DNA of 64,000 nt, from positions 576,001-640,000 of the forward strand of contig CM000434.1 of NCBI GenBank assembly GCA_000165345.1, in the 5' to 3' direction. The position numbers and the translations under genes were made by a program. A model generated the notes under the pieces. That model did not search any database, had not been told where the DNA came from, and saw only the letters and a program-made list of their open reading frames with translations. Shown piece after piece: positions 18,030 to 29,217 of the stretch; the stretch's first letter is position 1, and every line of letters begins with the position of its first letter.

Positions 18030-21000
18030 ATGAGGAATATAAACTTCTCGTCATCATCTTCTGAAAATTTGACGAGAAGTTCAGTATTAAGAAGACAATT
18101 ACATGACCAAAGCCATTTTTTGCCTTCTAATTCTTTAGTAAATTCGAACAATACGGTACAGGATTATAGGTTTTTACCCAAGCCAACATTTAGAATCGAA
18201 GATAATAATTTGTATTCTAATTTGAATCAAAGTAATTACAACTCTAATTGGAAGCAAACATCATTGGGGCTTTTAAAGTCTCCAATTAATGGTTTAAGTA
18301 GAAGTTCTCAAGATTTGAGGAATTCATTGATTGAAAAGACTACAGAAAAAAGTAGCAAGTATGTTAAAACCCCATACCCACATGTTTACAAACCTGACAG
18401 CTATTTAAAAAATGAAATTAGCATTCCAAGCCATGGAAGCCACCTTCCTTTATTGCCTCCCAGCAGATTCCCTTTCCAATCAGAAGCGAGACGTACAATT
18501 AACAGATTATCAGATAGTACTACTAAATACAACTTAGGTTCCAATGATTATGATTTGCAAAGAGATACACAAACATGTAGGAAAAGAAATTTACAACAAG
18601 TTTATAAGCAAAAAAATGAAAATGAGCATGAAGAAGAGGAATTCCACGATGCAATTAGTGATGATGAATATATCAGCAATGAATCCATGAATAATCCAAA
18701 CAAAAGACCTAATATTCCTCCTCAAAAAAAAACTTACAACCAAACTCCCTCAACCGCAGCTCAAACAGGATTATTAGGTACGCAAAACAATACTCCAAAT
18801 AAGCCAACAAACACCTATGGCTTACCACTTTCTATGATAGATGATGATTATAAACCGGATCCTACTCCAGCTTATAACTTTTCAGATGAAAAACTTCGTG
18901 ATGTACAAAAACAGGCAAATCCATTGGGTTTAACGCAGTATTCACATCCTTATAACTTTCCGAAGGCCTCATTTTTACCTCCTAATACGGAGCCTAGTTC
19001 CAACATTATTCATTCATCAGTACAAAGAATAAGAACTCCACTAAGATACAGATCTAGTTTACTTGGCGCACTTTCAAATCGAACAAATTCATCATGCAGG
19101 ATTTTGTCTGCTGCAGAAATGAAGAAAGTATTCTGCAAATCAAAAAAACCTATTGGTAGCTTAAAGGACTTTGTTCACACGATAGAACTTCGCAATGAAA
19201 CTTTAAATGAGCCAAAAACAAATTCAGAATTACCAAAAGTGCCTGAAGTTCATTCAGAAATTGAGCATGCTATCGAGGACAAGTCTTCCAAGAACGACAA
19301 GGATAGTAGTCCTGAAAAAGATTCAAAAAATAACAAAGAAGACATCATTAGTTCTAAATCTGAATGTTTAAATCAATCTACATTGGAAGTATCCAACATA
19401 CTATCAAAAATTGCAGATAAATCAATTTCACCTGAAAAATCAGATGGGGATAAAGAGCTAGTGGAAAAAGTAAATAATGTTGATAACTTACAAGTTTCTT
19501 CACCTAATATCTTTGTTAATGATTCAAAGCTACCAGTCTTAAGCGAACAAGATAATAAATCTAACATCACCACTATTGACATTGAAGCAACAGTTGAGAA
19601 AAGAGATGATATTAAGGAAACTAAAGAAGTAGTTTCTGAAGATTTTTCATTGAAAGAAAAAGATTCAGAAGTTACTGAAGCAAAAAAAGATGAGCCTGTG
19701 CCATGGTGGCTGGCTAATGTTGATAAACCAAATTTGGTTGAAGTAGACAACGAAGGGGTGTTTATGCCTGATGAAGATGATGAAAAGAAAGATAATGAAG
19801 AGAAGCCCACTATTTCTGCAGCAGGCCTATTTTCACTTCCTTCTACTGAAGGTTCAAGCGATAAAAATATTGCAACTTCATTATTTTCATTTGGTAATTC
19901 TTCTACAAATGCATGCGTTTCTACTGGAACCTCTTTATTCGGGTCTTCATTATTCCAAATTAACAAGACTAGTGAGAATAGTGCCGCTCCTGAGGAGCCA
20001 AAGCCTGAGGAGAAAGCTCTTCCTTTGCTTAATAGCCAGTCTAGCACCTTTTCATTTGGTCAAGGCATTGACAACAGTGCTTCAAGCAACATTTCATTAT
20101 TCGGAATTACCTCTAAAACTGTGGAAGAAAAAACTACAATTGGCGAGATAGAAAAGCCCATTTCTGAAACAGTTGTTGATACAGAAAAGGAAACAACAGA
20201 TTCTAGTTTAAAGCCTCAATTATCAATATTCGGAAGACCATCTCCAGTTGATGAGGAAAAAAAGCAAGCTGAAAATTCCGAGAAAAAAGTTGGAATTTTT
20301 AGCACGGATAATCCTGGATCGCTATTTTCTTCTACAAACAACATCAGTGGCTTGTTTTCTCAACAGAGTTCGAGCATGAATCAATTATTTGGATCATCTA
20401 GCGCTTCAAGCTCTACTCAAAATGCTTTCAGCACGAAGGATATTTTCAGTCTTTCTTCATCTGGAGTGTCTACAAAAATAAATGATACAGAAAAAAGAGA
20501 AGTTTCAGCCCCAATTTTCGGTTCAAGTGATATGGAAAGCAAGAATCCTGCTTCTGATGTTTCTTTATCTGCATCTTTGGGTTTAGGTAATTTGAACTCG
20601 TCTTCAAATATGAGTTTTACGGGTGGCAGCACTGCTTCACAGACGACTCTACAGACTCCAGGATTATTTGACGCAAAGTTAATAAATTTTACTGGAAGCA
20701 CTAATTCTTCCACCGCAGCTGCTTCTTCATCATTGTTTGGTGGCTCTAATCCAAGTAATAACACTTTGGGACTAGGAAATTCTTTATTTTCAACCCCAAC
20801 AAATAATAATTCGATGGCTTCAGGCTTATTCCCAAATCCTAATACATCTACCAGCAATAACATTCCTTCAACAACAGCTGTAAATTCTATTTTTGGAGCT
20901 CAGCAAGTTCCAGTATCGGACGTAAACCCAACTCAGAATACTTTGAATTTTGATTCCAATATTGCCGGATCAAGCAACTCTGTACCAGGTTCAAATAATA

Positions 21001-21434
21001 TAAATATTTTCTCACAAACGCCATCTATTTTTGGTTCCAGTAATAGTTCAAACCCTTTTGTGTTTGGATCAAATAATAAGCCAAATGACCAAACTGTTAC
21101 TCAAACTCCTGGACAAAATTTGGAACAAAGTAGTGGCTCAAACATTTTTGGATCACCACAAGGAATCTTTAATTCAACAAACAAAGCAGAAACAAGTATT
21201 TTTGGTGGAATGCCTAGTAACCCTGTAGCAACTCAGTTTGACCCAAAACCCCAAGTTTCAGGCCAGCCCCCAATAAATACAAGTATTTTTGGATCTAACC
21301 CTACCAATTTGCTCGGCGCATCGCCATTAGTGGGAAACAATAGTAATCCAAACCCCTTTGTTGGTCACTCATCCAATCCAGCAGGAGGAACTTCTCATAG
21401 GAGAAGAATTGCGAGAGCTAAAAGATCCCATTGA
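18030..21434 (+). CDS. FG-repeat nucleoporin (Ser/Asn-rich, ~25 FG/SLFG/SIFG repeats)
   Basis: 1134-aa ORF. The C-terminal two-thirds is a run of SLFG, SIFG, IFG, PFVFG and NIFG repeats separated by S/N/T-rich spacers. The middle is acidic and Lys-rich. The C-terminus ends in the basic stretch HRRRIARAKRSH. Confidence 0.6.
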   Translation: MRNINFSSSSSENLTRSSVLRRQLHDQSHFLPSNSLVNSNNTVQDYRFLPKPTFRIEDNNLYSNLNQSNYNSNWKQTSLGLLKSPINGLSRSSQDLRNSLIEKTTEKSSKYVKTPYPHVYKPDSYLKNEISIPSHGSHLPLLPPSRFPFQSEARRTINRLSDSTTKYNLGSNDYDLQRDTQTCRKRNLQQVYKQKNENEHEEEEFHDAISDDEYISNESMNNPNKRPNIPPQKKTYNQTPSTAAQTGLLGTQNNTPNKPTNTYGLPLSMIDDDYKPDPTPAYNFSDEKLRDVQKQANPLGLTQYSHPYNFPKASFLPPNTEPSSNIIHSSVQRIRTPLRYRSSLLGALSNRTNSSCRILSAAEMKKVFCKSKKPIGSLKDFVHTIELRNETLNEPKTNSELPKVPEVHSEIEHAIEDKSSKNDKDSSPEKDSKNNKEDIISSKSECLNQSTLEVSNILSKIADKSISPEKSDGDKELVEKVNNVDNLQVSSPNIFVNDSKLPVLSEQDNKSNITTIDIEATVEKRDDIKETKEVVSEDFSLKEKDSEVTEAKKDEPVPWWLANVDKPNLVEVDNEGVFMPDEDDEKKDNEEKPTISAAGLFSLPSTEGSSDKNIATSLFSFGNSSTNACVSTGTSLFGSSLFQINKTSENSAAPEEPKPEEKALPLLNSQSSTFSFGQGIDNSASSNISLFGITSKTVEEKTTIGEIEKPISETVVDTEKETTDSSLKPQLSIFGRPSPVDEEKKQAENSEKKVGIFSTDNPGSLFSSTNNISGLFSQQSSSMNQLFGSSSASSSTQNAFSTKDIFSLSSSGVSTKINDTEKREVSAPIFGSSDMESKNPASDVSLSASLGLGNLNSSSNMSFTGGSTASQTTLQTPGLFDAKLINFTGSTNSSTAAASSSLFGGSNPSNNTLGLGNSLFSTPTNNNSMASGLFPNPNTSTSNNIPSTTAVNSIFGAQQVPVSDVNPTQNTLNFDSNIAGSSNSVPGSNNINIFSQTPSIFGSSNSSNPFVFGSNNKPNDQTVTQTPGQNLEQSSGSNIFGSPQGIFNSTNKAETSIFGGMPSNPVATQFDPKPQVSGQPPINTSIFGSNPTNLLGASPLVGNNSNPNPFVGHSSNPAGGTSHRRRIARAKRSH

Positions 21435-21596
21435 CATAATTAATTAGAAATATTCGAGTAGGCTGTGTAACTAATCAGATAAAGAAGTAAAATAACACTA
21501 GATGATTATATATTATCAGTGATTATATTCTAATTATGTAATTACCTCACTATCTATTATCTAAAATTTTAACTATTGAACAGATTTGGTCTTTAA

Positions 21597-22694
21597 TCAA
21601 AAGTTTGGGTTTGACCATTGTGACTCTGGTGGGAACTGTAGGCTGTGGAATTGTGAAAGAACCCCATCTTTCCATACTCCTTGAATTGAGTGGCCCATTG
21701 CAAATCTAAGAATTCCCTTGCCATCTTTCCTTCCATTTGCCCATTCACCCTCATAAACGTTATTATCCTCTGCACAATAAAATATTCCCTTGCCATGCCT
21801 TCTGTCATTTTCCCAATATCCTTCGTACCTGTTTCCATTGGCATAAGTATATACTCCAAATCCACATGCTTTGTCTGCAACCCAGTTGCCTTTGAACCTA
21901 TCATTATTTGAGTAAAATAGTTCACCTTCACCGTGCTTTTTTGCGTCAAGCCAGTCGCCAACGTATTTATCTCCTCTGCTATAAGTTAAAGTACCCTTAC
22001 CGTTAACTTTTCCATCCTTCCAGTATCCTTCGTATTTCTCACCGTTCTGATAAGTCAGTACTCCATAACCTTCTTTAACATCATTAACCCATTCGCCTTC
22101 ATAAACATTTCCACATGGGAAAATGTATGTACCTTTGCCATGCATAGAACCTTCGAACCAGTCGCCTTCGTAAACAGCAGAGTCAACATACACATATTTA
22201 CCGTGACCATGCATCTTACCATTTACCCAGTCTCCTTCATATTTCTCAATAATTTGGTCTCCTGTACTACTTACATATGTTACAGTTCCTTTTCCATGCC
22301 TTTTATCATCTCTCCATTCACCTGAGTAAATATCACCATCTACGTATTTATACACGCCTCTTCCGTGCATCTTACCATCAACCCATTCTCCTTCGTATAC
22401 ATCGCCATTGCTGAAAGTTAACTTACCATATCCATTGATCTTTCCATTTTCCCACTGTCCCTCATATGTATTTCCACTTGAAAAACTTGCTTTTCCTTGA
22501 CCATGGATTTTATCGTCAACCCATTCACCTTCATACGAAGCTCCATCAGCATAAGTAAATTTTCCAAAACCTTCTCTCTTACCCATTACAAAGTCTCCCT
22601 CATACTTTTCATTTTTTGAGTATATCAATACGCCTCTTCCATGAAATAGCCCACCTTTAATATCCCCAGAATAAGAATGACTGGATGTTTCCAT
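21597..22694 (-). CDS. MORN1: MORN-repeat protein (MORN1-like, ~15 tandem MORN repeats)
   Basis: 365-aa ORF made almost entirely of 23-aa repeats of the form YEGEWVDGKMHGRGVYKYVDGDIYSGEW. The length and repeat count match apicomplexan MORN1. Confidence 0.8.
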   Translation of the reverse strand: METSSHSYSGDIKGGLFHGRGVLIYSKNEKYEGDFVMGKREGFGKFTYADGASYEGEWVDDKIHGQGKASFSSGNTYEGQWENGKINGYGKLTFSNGDVYEGEWVDGKMHGRGVYKYVDGDIYSGEWRDDKRHGKGTVTYVSSTGDQIIEKYEGDWVNGKMHGHGKYVYVDSAVYEGDWFEGSMHGKGTYIFPCGNVYEGEWVNDVKEGYGVLTYQNGEKYEGYWKDGKVNGKGTLTYSRGDKYVGDWLDAKKHGEGELFYSNNDRFKGNWVADKACGFGVYTYANGNRYEGYWENDRRHGKGIFYCAEDNNVYEGEWANGRKDGKGILRFAMGHSIQGVWKDGVLSQFHSLQFPPESQWSNPNF

Positions 22695-22980
22695 GTTTCT
22701 TCTAATAAGTCTAGCTATTTGAAATAATCGTACAGTTGGTATTCTATTTTTTTAATAAATAAATATCTTTCAAAAAAATATATTTTATATGGGAAAAATT
22801 ACAATTCAGTTTTCAAGAATATTGAATTAATAGCCAACAATTTCAATATTATTGAATTCTATCCTTCATAGACCCAATAATATTTAAAATAATTTTTTTT
22901 GACTTTAAATTTAACACGTCAGTAGGATGTGCTGCTGCCACAAGACTCAAACAAATTGCATGCAAAAATTCCCCACATTT

Positions 22981-22996
22981 AGCGCCAAATGGCGCG
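22981..22996. promoter_or_regulatory. Palindromic double E2F-like box AGCGCCAAATGGCGCG in the divergent MORN1 / 23477 promoter
   Basis: GCGCCA-AA-TGGCGC is a perfect 6-bp-arm inverted repeat. It is ~290 bp upstream of the MORN1 ATG. Confidence 0.45.
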
Positions 22997-23476
22997 TTAG
23001 TTGCCAACATAGAACAAAACAAAATTTTTAACATAATTAAGTAAAGTTAATATTAAACTACACACAAAAATAATTAAATTTAGGATTTGCCACAATTAAA
23101 ATACTAAGTGATTTAAAAACACCTTCTTTGAAAATACTATTTGAAAGTTTGACTTGCCATTCTATTTTTTTTTCATTTAGTGCTAGTTAGCCTTGATCAT
23201 CATATCTCGTTTTTAGGTTTATGAACAAAGCTGTTCTATTAATATTACTCCTTTACTCGAATACTTAGTGAGAATATTTATGTATATTTTGTTGGTAATT
23301 ATTAAATTAGATTCTATTAAGTTTTTCAATTTTTGGCGCATTAAGTGCTTTTGAATGATAATCTGTTTGAATAGTGAGTTAAACTATATACTATTGAAAA
23401 AGAGTATTTTGCTGAGTTAAATTTAGACATTAATCATCTAAAATAATCTGTAATCTACTCAATTTTGTAGCAGGAT

Positions 23477-26260
23477 ATGTATTCCCAGATTCCTATTTCG
23501 CCCTCTTTAAGATCAAAATACAATTCAGGTAACCAAGGGGTCCAAAGGAAAATAAATGCTGATGACATGAATACAGCTGTCAGCTCATACTCTAATAACA
23601 TGTTTGCTACAAATTTAGATGGATACGATGTATTTGACAATGTTAATAAGGATTCTGAGCTGAATATGCCAAAAATTCAAAAATCTAGCTTTCCGCATGG
23701 GAGCTACAGACCATCTTCTAGTAATATAAGTATTAATAATGGAATAAATATAGATTCTAACACAAATAATAGGCCAAATATTGGTAGATTCTCTGTGAAT
23801 CCAGGTAATTTGAACGTGAATGGGACAACTAATCAGATTCAAACAAGTAGTGCTCCAATGAGTACTCCTCTCCCGGCTATCCCACAACCACCTGTCCCGT
23901 TTCAGAACAACTCCTCTATTTCTGGAGGAATTCAGTATCAGTCTCCAAAAAATACTATCCCTACTCAGCCTCCTAATAATTTGCAGCCTGTCAATCAGAT
24001 ATCAAAGCCATTTCTTCAAAATACCAACACAAATCCTAACTTTCAGAATATGCCCATTCCATATCCTCCAAAAGCTCCACTTTCAGATTGTAATAATTCT
24101 GATTCTGAATCTTCGTTTAGCAAGAAAATGCAGGATAATAAGGAAAGACTTGAACAATTAAATATTTCTAGAACAATGTTGGCATCTATGGGTTCTCCTT
24201 CTAGTGATTCTCGGCATTCTTATTCTCAAGACAAATCTCAAGAAGCTGATAGGACTCAGAACCCATTCCAAAGTGGAAAAAATTCAATATCTCATTTTGG
24301 TATTCAAGAACCTAATTCAAATAAGAATACAAGCAGATCGAATTTAAGATTACCACCGAAAGTTCCAGGTATTAGTTCTAACAATGCATTCAAATTTAAC
24401 ATATCACAGCCAGCCCAGAATAATCAAATTAACCTTGAAATGCCAGAAGTTTCCATGAAAAGTGTGGATAGTAACGCTGAAAGAAATATCGTTGGATTGA
24501 AGGATACAGTTAGACCTCCAACAGCACCTACATCTTTCCCTTCAAATAAATTGAATCTCGATAACAACAGTAATCTAGCCAATAATCTCGTAAAACCCCC
24601 TTTTAAAAGTCATAACGATCTTTCAGCAAGTCAGGATTCATTTTTTTCATCAGATACCCAAGACACCTCCAAGATATCTCAAATTCCTCGCCAAACACCA
24701 TCAGTTGTACGTCCGCCAACTGCCCCTAATTCAATATCTAAATCTTCATCATTACCAAAAGTTGACTTACTTATTAATTTGATGGATAAAACAGTTGAAA
24801 ATAAGCGTAGAGAATTTGAAAAACTAAACAAGCTTAAATCTGCATTATCTGAGCTTGGCGACTTTAATAAGAAACTATTGGAAGAAAATACGAGATTGAG
24901 GAGTGGAAACAATAGTACAAATTTACAAGAAGTCAGCTTGTTATCAAGAGATTTACAAAACGAATCTACGGAGTTCACCAATAGCTATCAGACGCCTTTG
25001 AGTGATGCTGTAAGCCCTTTCATTCCTAGTGTTCACGATCCAGAAACGCAGATTAACTCTCTTAAGACAATTATTAACAAAAAAAATCAACGAATTTCAG
25101 AGTTGGAGAAAAAATTATCAAATAGAGAATCAAACAATCTTTCTGCAACAGAATTTGATGTTTGCCATTCTTTACTCCAAAAAATAAAAACCAGAGATGA
25201 AGATCTGAGCAGCACTTTAGAGGAAATTCAAGAAACTTATATTAACTCTATTACTGACCAGGTTAATAGCTGCCTCTCAATCCTTACAGATAAAAGCTAT
25301 GGAAAACTGAAAACTATTGCTAACGATGTCTTAAATCAAATAGAGTTCAATTATAAAGCTCTGAGTGTGACTCTTGAACATTTATTTGAACAACAAAGTT
25401 CAACATTGGAGAATATTAAACACGAAGGAAGAGTAGACACACAATTGGATAGCTCAAACTTACAAAGTAAATTGAGTTCAAGAGAATTTAATGCTCATGA
25501 AGTTAATCTAAATAATATTCAATTTGATACAGTCGTAAGTAATGGCTCTAAGAGTTTTGATAACACTTTTGTCCAAGAAAATGCTCAAGATACTTTTAAA
25601 TTTAAAAAATCACAAGGAACTGGAGACTATTCGAATAATGGCGATGAGTTTCTTGTAGCCCAAACAAAAAAAATGTCTTTAAACGGAAACGTTGAGCTAG
25701 ATAATGAAGTTAACGTTCCTCAATGTATTATAAATAGCAGTATTGAAGTTAATCACGACGAGTCAGCTATGCAAAATCAACATCAAGAACTTAATTTATA
25801 TCAGAATAGCACTTTCAATCATGAAACTCAAGACCATAGAAATGATTATGTTCAGAATCAAGCTTTCAACACCATGAATGTAGCTCAAGGGGCATTTGTG
25901 AATGACCATGCTAATAACCATATATATGAGCTTCATAAGGACGAGGATCATTCGTCTTCAACTCAAAGAGTGGAACAAGAAAACTCTTCTCATCCAGCGT
26001 TTGGTTTTGAACAGGAAAAACATTATAATAGCCATTTTGGCCAATATGAAGGAAACAATTTTTCTCCAGAAAAAGAGAATGCTCAACAGGGAGCTGATTA
26101 CACAAATAGCGTTCCTCCGCCAGTGTTCGCAGCATATTATGAAGGTGGTGACAATGAGAATAATAATCTCTTCACTATGGACACAATGGTAAATGCAGAT
26201 GGATTATACTTTGATAACCATTCTCATTACCATGTTCCAACGAATTATAGTAATATTTAA
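23477..26260 (+). CDS. Hypothetical low-complexity protein (N/S/P/Q-rich, central coiled coil)
   Basis: 927-aa uninterrupted ORF with an ATG start. Coiled-coil-like region around residues 430-560 (KRREFEKLNKLKSALSELGDFNKKLLEENTRL...). No catalytic motif. Confidence 0.45.
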   Translation: MYSQIPISPSLRSKYNSGNQGVQRKINADDMNTAVSSYSNNMFATNLDGYDVFDNVNKDSELNMPKIQKSSFPHGSYRPSSSNISINNGINIDSNTNNRPNIGRFSVNPGNLNVNGTTNQIQTSSAPMSTPLPAIPQPPVPFQNNSSISGGIQYQSPKNTIPTQPPNNLQPVNQISKPFLQNTNTNPNFQNMPIPYPPKAPLSDCNNSDSESSFSKKMQDNKERLEQLNISRTMLASMGSPSSDSRHSYSQDKSQEADRTQNPFQSGKNSISHFGIQEPNSNKNTSRSNLRLPPKVPGISSNNAFKFNISQPAQNNQINLEMPEVSMKSVDSNAERNIVGLKDTVRPPTAPTSFPSNKLNLDNNSNLANNLVKPPFKSHNDLSASQDSFFSSDTQDTSKISQIPRQTPSVVRPPTAPNSISKSSSLPKVDLLINLMDKTVENKRREFEKLNKLKSALSELGDFNKKLLEENTRLRSGNNSTNLQEVSLLSRDLQNESTEFTNSYQTPLSDAVSPFIPSVHDPETQINSLKTIINKKNQRISELEKKLSNRESNNLSATEFDVCHSLLQKIKTRDEDLSSTLEEIQETYINSITDQVNSCLSILTDKSYGKLKTIANDVLNQIEFNYKALSVTLEHLFEQQSSTLENIKHEGRVDTQLDSSNLQSKLSSREFNAHEVNLNNIQFDTVVSNGSKSFDNTFVQENAQDTFKFKKSQGTGDYSNNGDEFLVAQTKKMSLNGNVELDNEVNVPQCIINSSIEVNHDESAMQNQHQELNLYQNSTFNHETQDHRNDYVQNQAFNTMNVAQGAFVNDHANNHIYELHKDEDHSSSTQRVEQENSSHPAFGFEQEKHYNSHFGQYEGNNFSPEKENAQQGADYTNSVPPPVFAAYYEGGDNENNNLFTMDTMVNADGLYFDNHSHYHVPTNYSNI

Positions 26261-26367
26261 AAAGATTTAAGACTAAAGGGATAAATTAGACAAACTTAGA
26301 CAGATTGTGGTTATATAATGTATATATGTAACTTAAAGTAGCTTTAATCTTGATGTTAATAACTCAT

Positions 26368-28026
26368 CTACTCTTGTGGAAGTGATTCAACTTCCGATGG
26401 AGGAGCTCTACTAAAGGGAACCCAGTTAAAATTTTTATCAATTAAAGTAATTCCTGGTCTTCCAGAACGTTTAACAATACCCTTGAGAAATTCCTGGTTA
26501 CAGAAAATATAATGTTGATCCTTGATATTTCTCATAATTCCGTTTTCTTCCAAAATTCTGATTACATCCTCCCTCCTGATTCCAGTGCTTCTTACAACGT
26601 TGTCAATAAACTTACTATAGTTACTTACTTGGAGAGGTTGTTTCGAACCACCTCTTTCACATATCTTGTTTTGTTTAAAATATTCGAGAAGATATTCAGA
26701 TATCCTATGGGCCCACCAATTATTATAGATTGCCCTACCCAAGTCAGAAAGAGGTCTTTCAGGATGTCCCCATTTACCTTCTTTAAGCGAAAGTTTATAT
26801 GACAAGTCAACAAGAAGCTTTCCATAACCCTTCCTCTGATAGCAAGGTAAAGTTAGGATACATGCAAGATTATAATGGAGTAATGAAACCTTTTCTTTGG
26901 AAAAGTAGCCGACAATATGACATCCCTCTTCATCAACTTCAGTGACAATATAGAATAAAAATGGTTCTACATCGTACTGTAGAGTTTTGTGATCTAAGAA
27001 TAGTTTGGCCAAGTAACATAAATTTTCCGCGTATCCTCTAGTTAATGCACCATCAATTTCGAAGACTGAAATATTATCCTTTCTATATATTTCATTACCT
27101 GGGGGATGCCTTAGTTGGCACCTGGAAAGATGCCTAATAAGTTCATCTTCAAAGCAAAAAAAGTCCAAACAGTACTCACAAAAATGTAAAGTGTCAACAT
27201 TTTGATACTCATCTGGGAGTGGAGAAAAGTACCAAGTGTCTAAAATGAATTTTCCTATACGAACTCTGCCAATTGTCCTAAGTCTAGTTGTTTCCTCATG
27301 GTCAAGAATTGCAGAGTGGTCCATCCCTTCATGCTCATCAGGATCTTCTCCATCAGAAATGTCCAAAACCCCTACATTTCTTTTCTTAGACTTATTCCCA
27401 GATTTATTAGCTGAATTTGAAACTACTAATGAAGATATAAATTTTATTCCCTGTTTCTGAAACCTCTCAATTAAAACAGGATCATTTAATTCTTCAACAT
27501 CAAAAGAGAGTTTTATATCTTTACCTTTAACCCATCTATCCAGACGTCTATTTAGACCTCTAAAATGCACATAAAACTCATAATCCTCCTTGATTTGCGA
27601 CTCATTAGACGATGAACTCACTTTGATTAAAGAATTCTGTTTATTCCCTCCCGTCTTTTTGTTCACTAAATGCGATAAATGAGTGACCTGAGTTCCATAA
27701 AGCTTCCAACCTACTACGCGAGCGAGCATCTGTTTACCTTCTTCCTCAAATAGTGCCAGTACCCATTGGTTCACACTTGGGAAGTCGGCTGTTGGGCCTT
27801 TTTCTATTGTAGGAACTGCTTCATCTTCCTTACATTCATCCAAAGTCTTATCTGAATGTTCCTCAATTGAGCTGTAGATTCTTGCATTCGTCTTTTTCCT
27901 TTGATTTTCAGATGAAATTAATTCGCTTGAGACTGCTTCATTATTATTTGAAGTATTACTTGGTGTATTATTTGCCTGTTGTTTTTGAATGTTGGATGAC
28001 CTTGAACGCAAAGCCATATTAACCAT
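26368..28026 (-). CDS. MYST-family histone acetyltransferase (Esa1/KAT5/KAT8-like) with N-terminal chromo-barrel
   Basis: 552-aa ORF. C2HC zinc finger: LHFCEYCLDFFCFEDELIRHLSRC. Acetyl-CoA-binding core: ...LACILTLPCYQRKGYGKLLVDLSYKLSLKEG, carrying the Q/R-x-x-G-x-G/A motif. The N-terminal segment WVLALFEEEGKQMLARVV...YEFYVHFRGLNRRLDRWV resembles a tudor-knot / chromo barrel. Confidence 0.85.
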   Translation of the reverse strand: MVNMALRSRSSNIQKQQANNTPSNTSNNNEAVSSELISSENQRKKTNARIYSSIEEHSDKTLDECKEDEAVPTIEKGPTADFPSVNQWVLALFEEEGKQMLARVVGWKLYGTQVTHLSHLVNKKTGGNKQNSLIKVSSSSNESQIKEDYEFYVHFRGLNRRLDRWVKGKDIKLSFDVEELNDPVLIERFQKQGIKFISSLVVSNSANKSGNKSKKRNVGVLDISDGEDPDEHEGMDHSAILDHEETTRLRTIGRVRIGKFILDTWYFSPLPDEYQNVDTLHFCEYCLDFFCFEDELIRHLSRCQLRHPPGNEIYRKDNISVFEIDGALTRGYAENLCYLAKLFLDHKTLQYDVEPFLFYIVTEVDEEGCHIVGYFSKEKVSLLHYNLACILTLPCYQRKGYGKLLVDLSYKLSLKEGKWGHPERPLSDLGRAIYNNWWAHRISEYLLEYFKQNKICERGGSKQPLQVSNYSKFIDNVVRSTGIRREDVIRILEENGIMRNIKDQHYIFCNQEFLKGIVKRSGRPGITLIDKNFNWVPFSRAPPSEVESLPQE

Positions 28027-29217
28027 ACAAGCCCATTAAAAAAAAATATCATAAAGTATTTGCCTTCAGTTTGTATTTGGTTTCCCTAAATCAATTACAA
28101 AAATACTATTAGTCAGTCATGTATTCGAGAAAACCACTTTCCATTCCCTGCGTAATATTATTTTCTATTTCAACGAGATTCCCTCAAATTCGCACAATTT
28201 TGCGCTACAAATTAATTCCCAAAATTTCAATTATTGGAATTTGGCAATTGCTAGGAGTAAAAGTCGCAAGCCACAAGTTCAAAGTCACAACTGCCTTAGA
28301 CAAACTAAAGCCCACTTCATCCAAGGCCTGTCATTACAGTGCATTAGTCCTAATCATTTCTACACTATACTAGTCAATTTGAATAGGTATTACGAATGAG
28401 CTAGAAGAATAATAAGGCTAGTAAGGAAATTAACAATTTCCAATAAACAATAAAGTGAAATAAACGCTTTCCTTCTCATTCAAAGTCGAGAAGACAGATC
28501 TTCAAATATGAACTAGCCAATAAGAATAATATAGTAACAGGAGAAATTAGCCAAAACTAAAATATGAGAAGTGTGTTTCTTACAAAATACTTCAACTTAG
28601 ATACCAGTACATATTGTTCCGACCTTTCAATACAAATATCCTCGACCAAATTTGCACGATATCTTTCTCTGATTTTATTTAAAAGAAATAAATTTTGAAA
28701 TGCGTGTCTTTCCCGCTCGATACCTATTCTGGAGACGCGAGGCGTATTTAGAAATGTTATACTTTAAGAAATAGTAAAAAGGCAAAAAGAATTACTAATA
28801 TTAGATAGGATAGTTAAAAAGAGAGGGATAGAAACGGAGGGATAGATGTATAGCAATACGTATTAGATAAATAGTGAGCAAATAGTCACAATTAAGTGGC
28901 AGAATGTGAGTGTATACTTTGCTGTGCGGACTGCCATTCACGCAGACAAGTCCAGACAGACCATTGCACAGAGAGCTATTTGTGTTGTGTACAATCTTGT
29001 GCAATATCGGTTGAGTTTTTTTATAATTAATAATATATAGAATATTTATAATAATAATTTAAATAATATATTTTATTTATTATTATTTATATTCTTCGGA
29101 CAACAAAGCTCAATACCAGTTTGTTCTTCAACTCGCTGTCACAGTTTAAAGTACACTACACAGGATTTGAATAATTGAAGCTATTTATCTGTATATTTAT
29201 GAAAGCTTGATAGGCTG

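Noticed and set aside
28119-28373. 84-aa ORF 28119..28373 downstream of the MYST gene start.
   Set aside because: No motif and atypical composition. It lies in the promoter/5' region of the minus-strand MYST gene and is probably non-coding.
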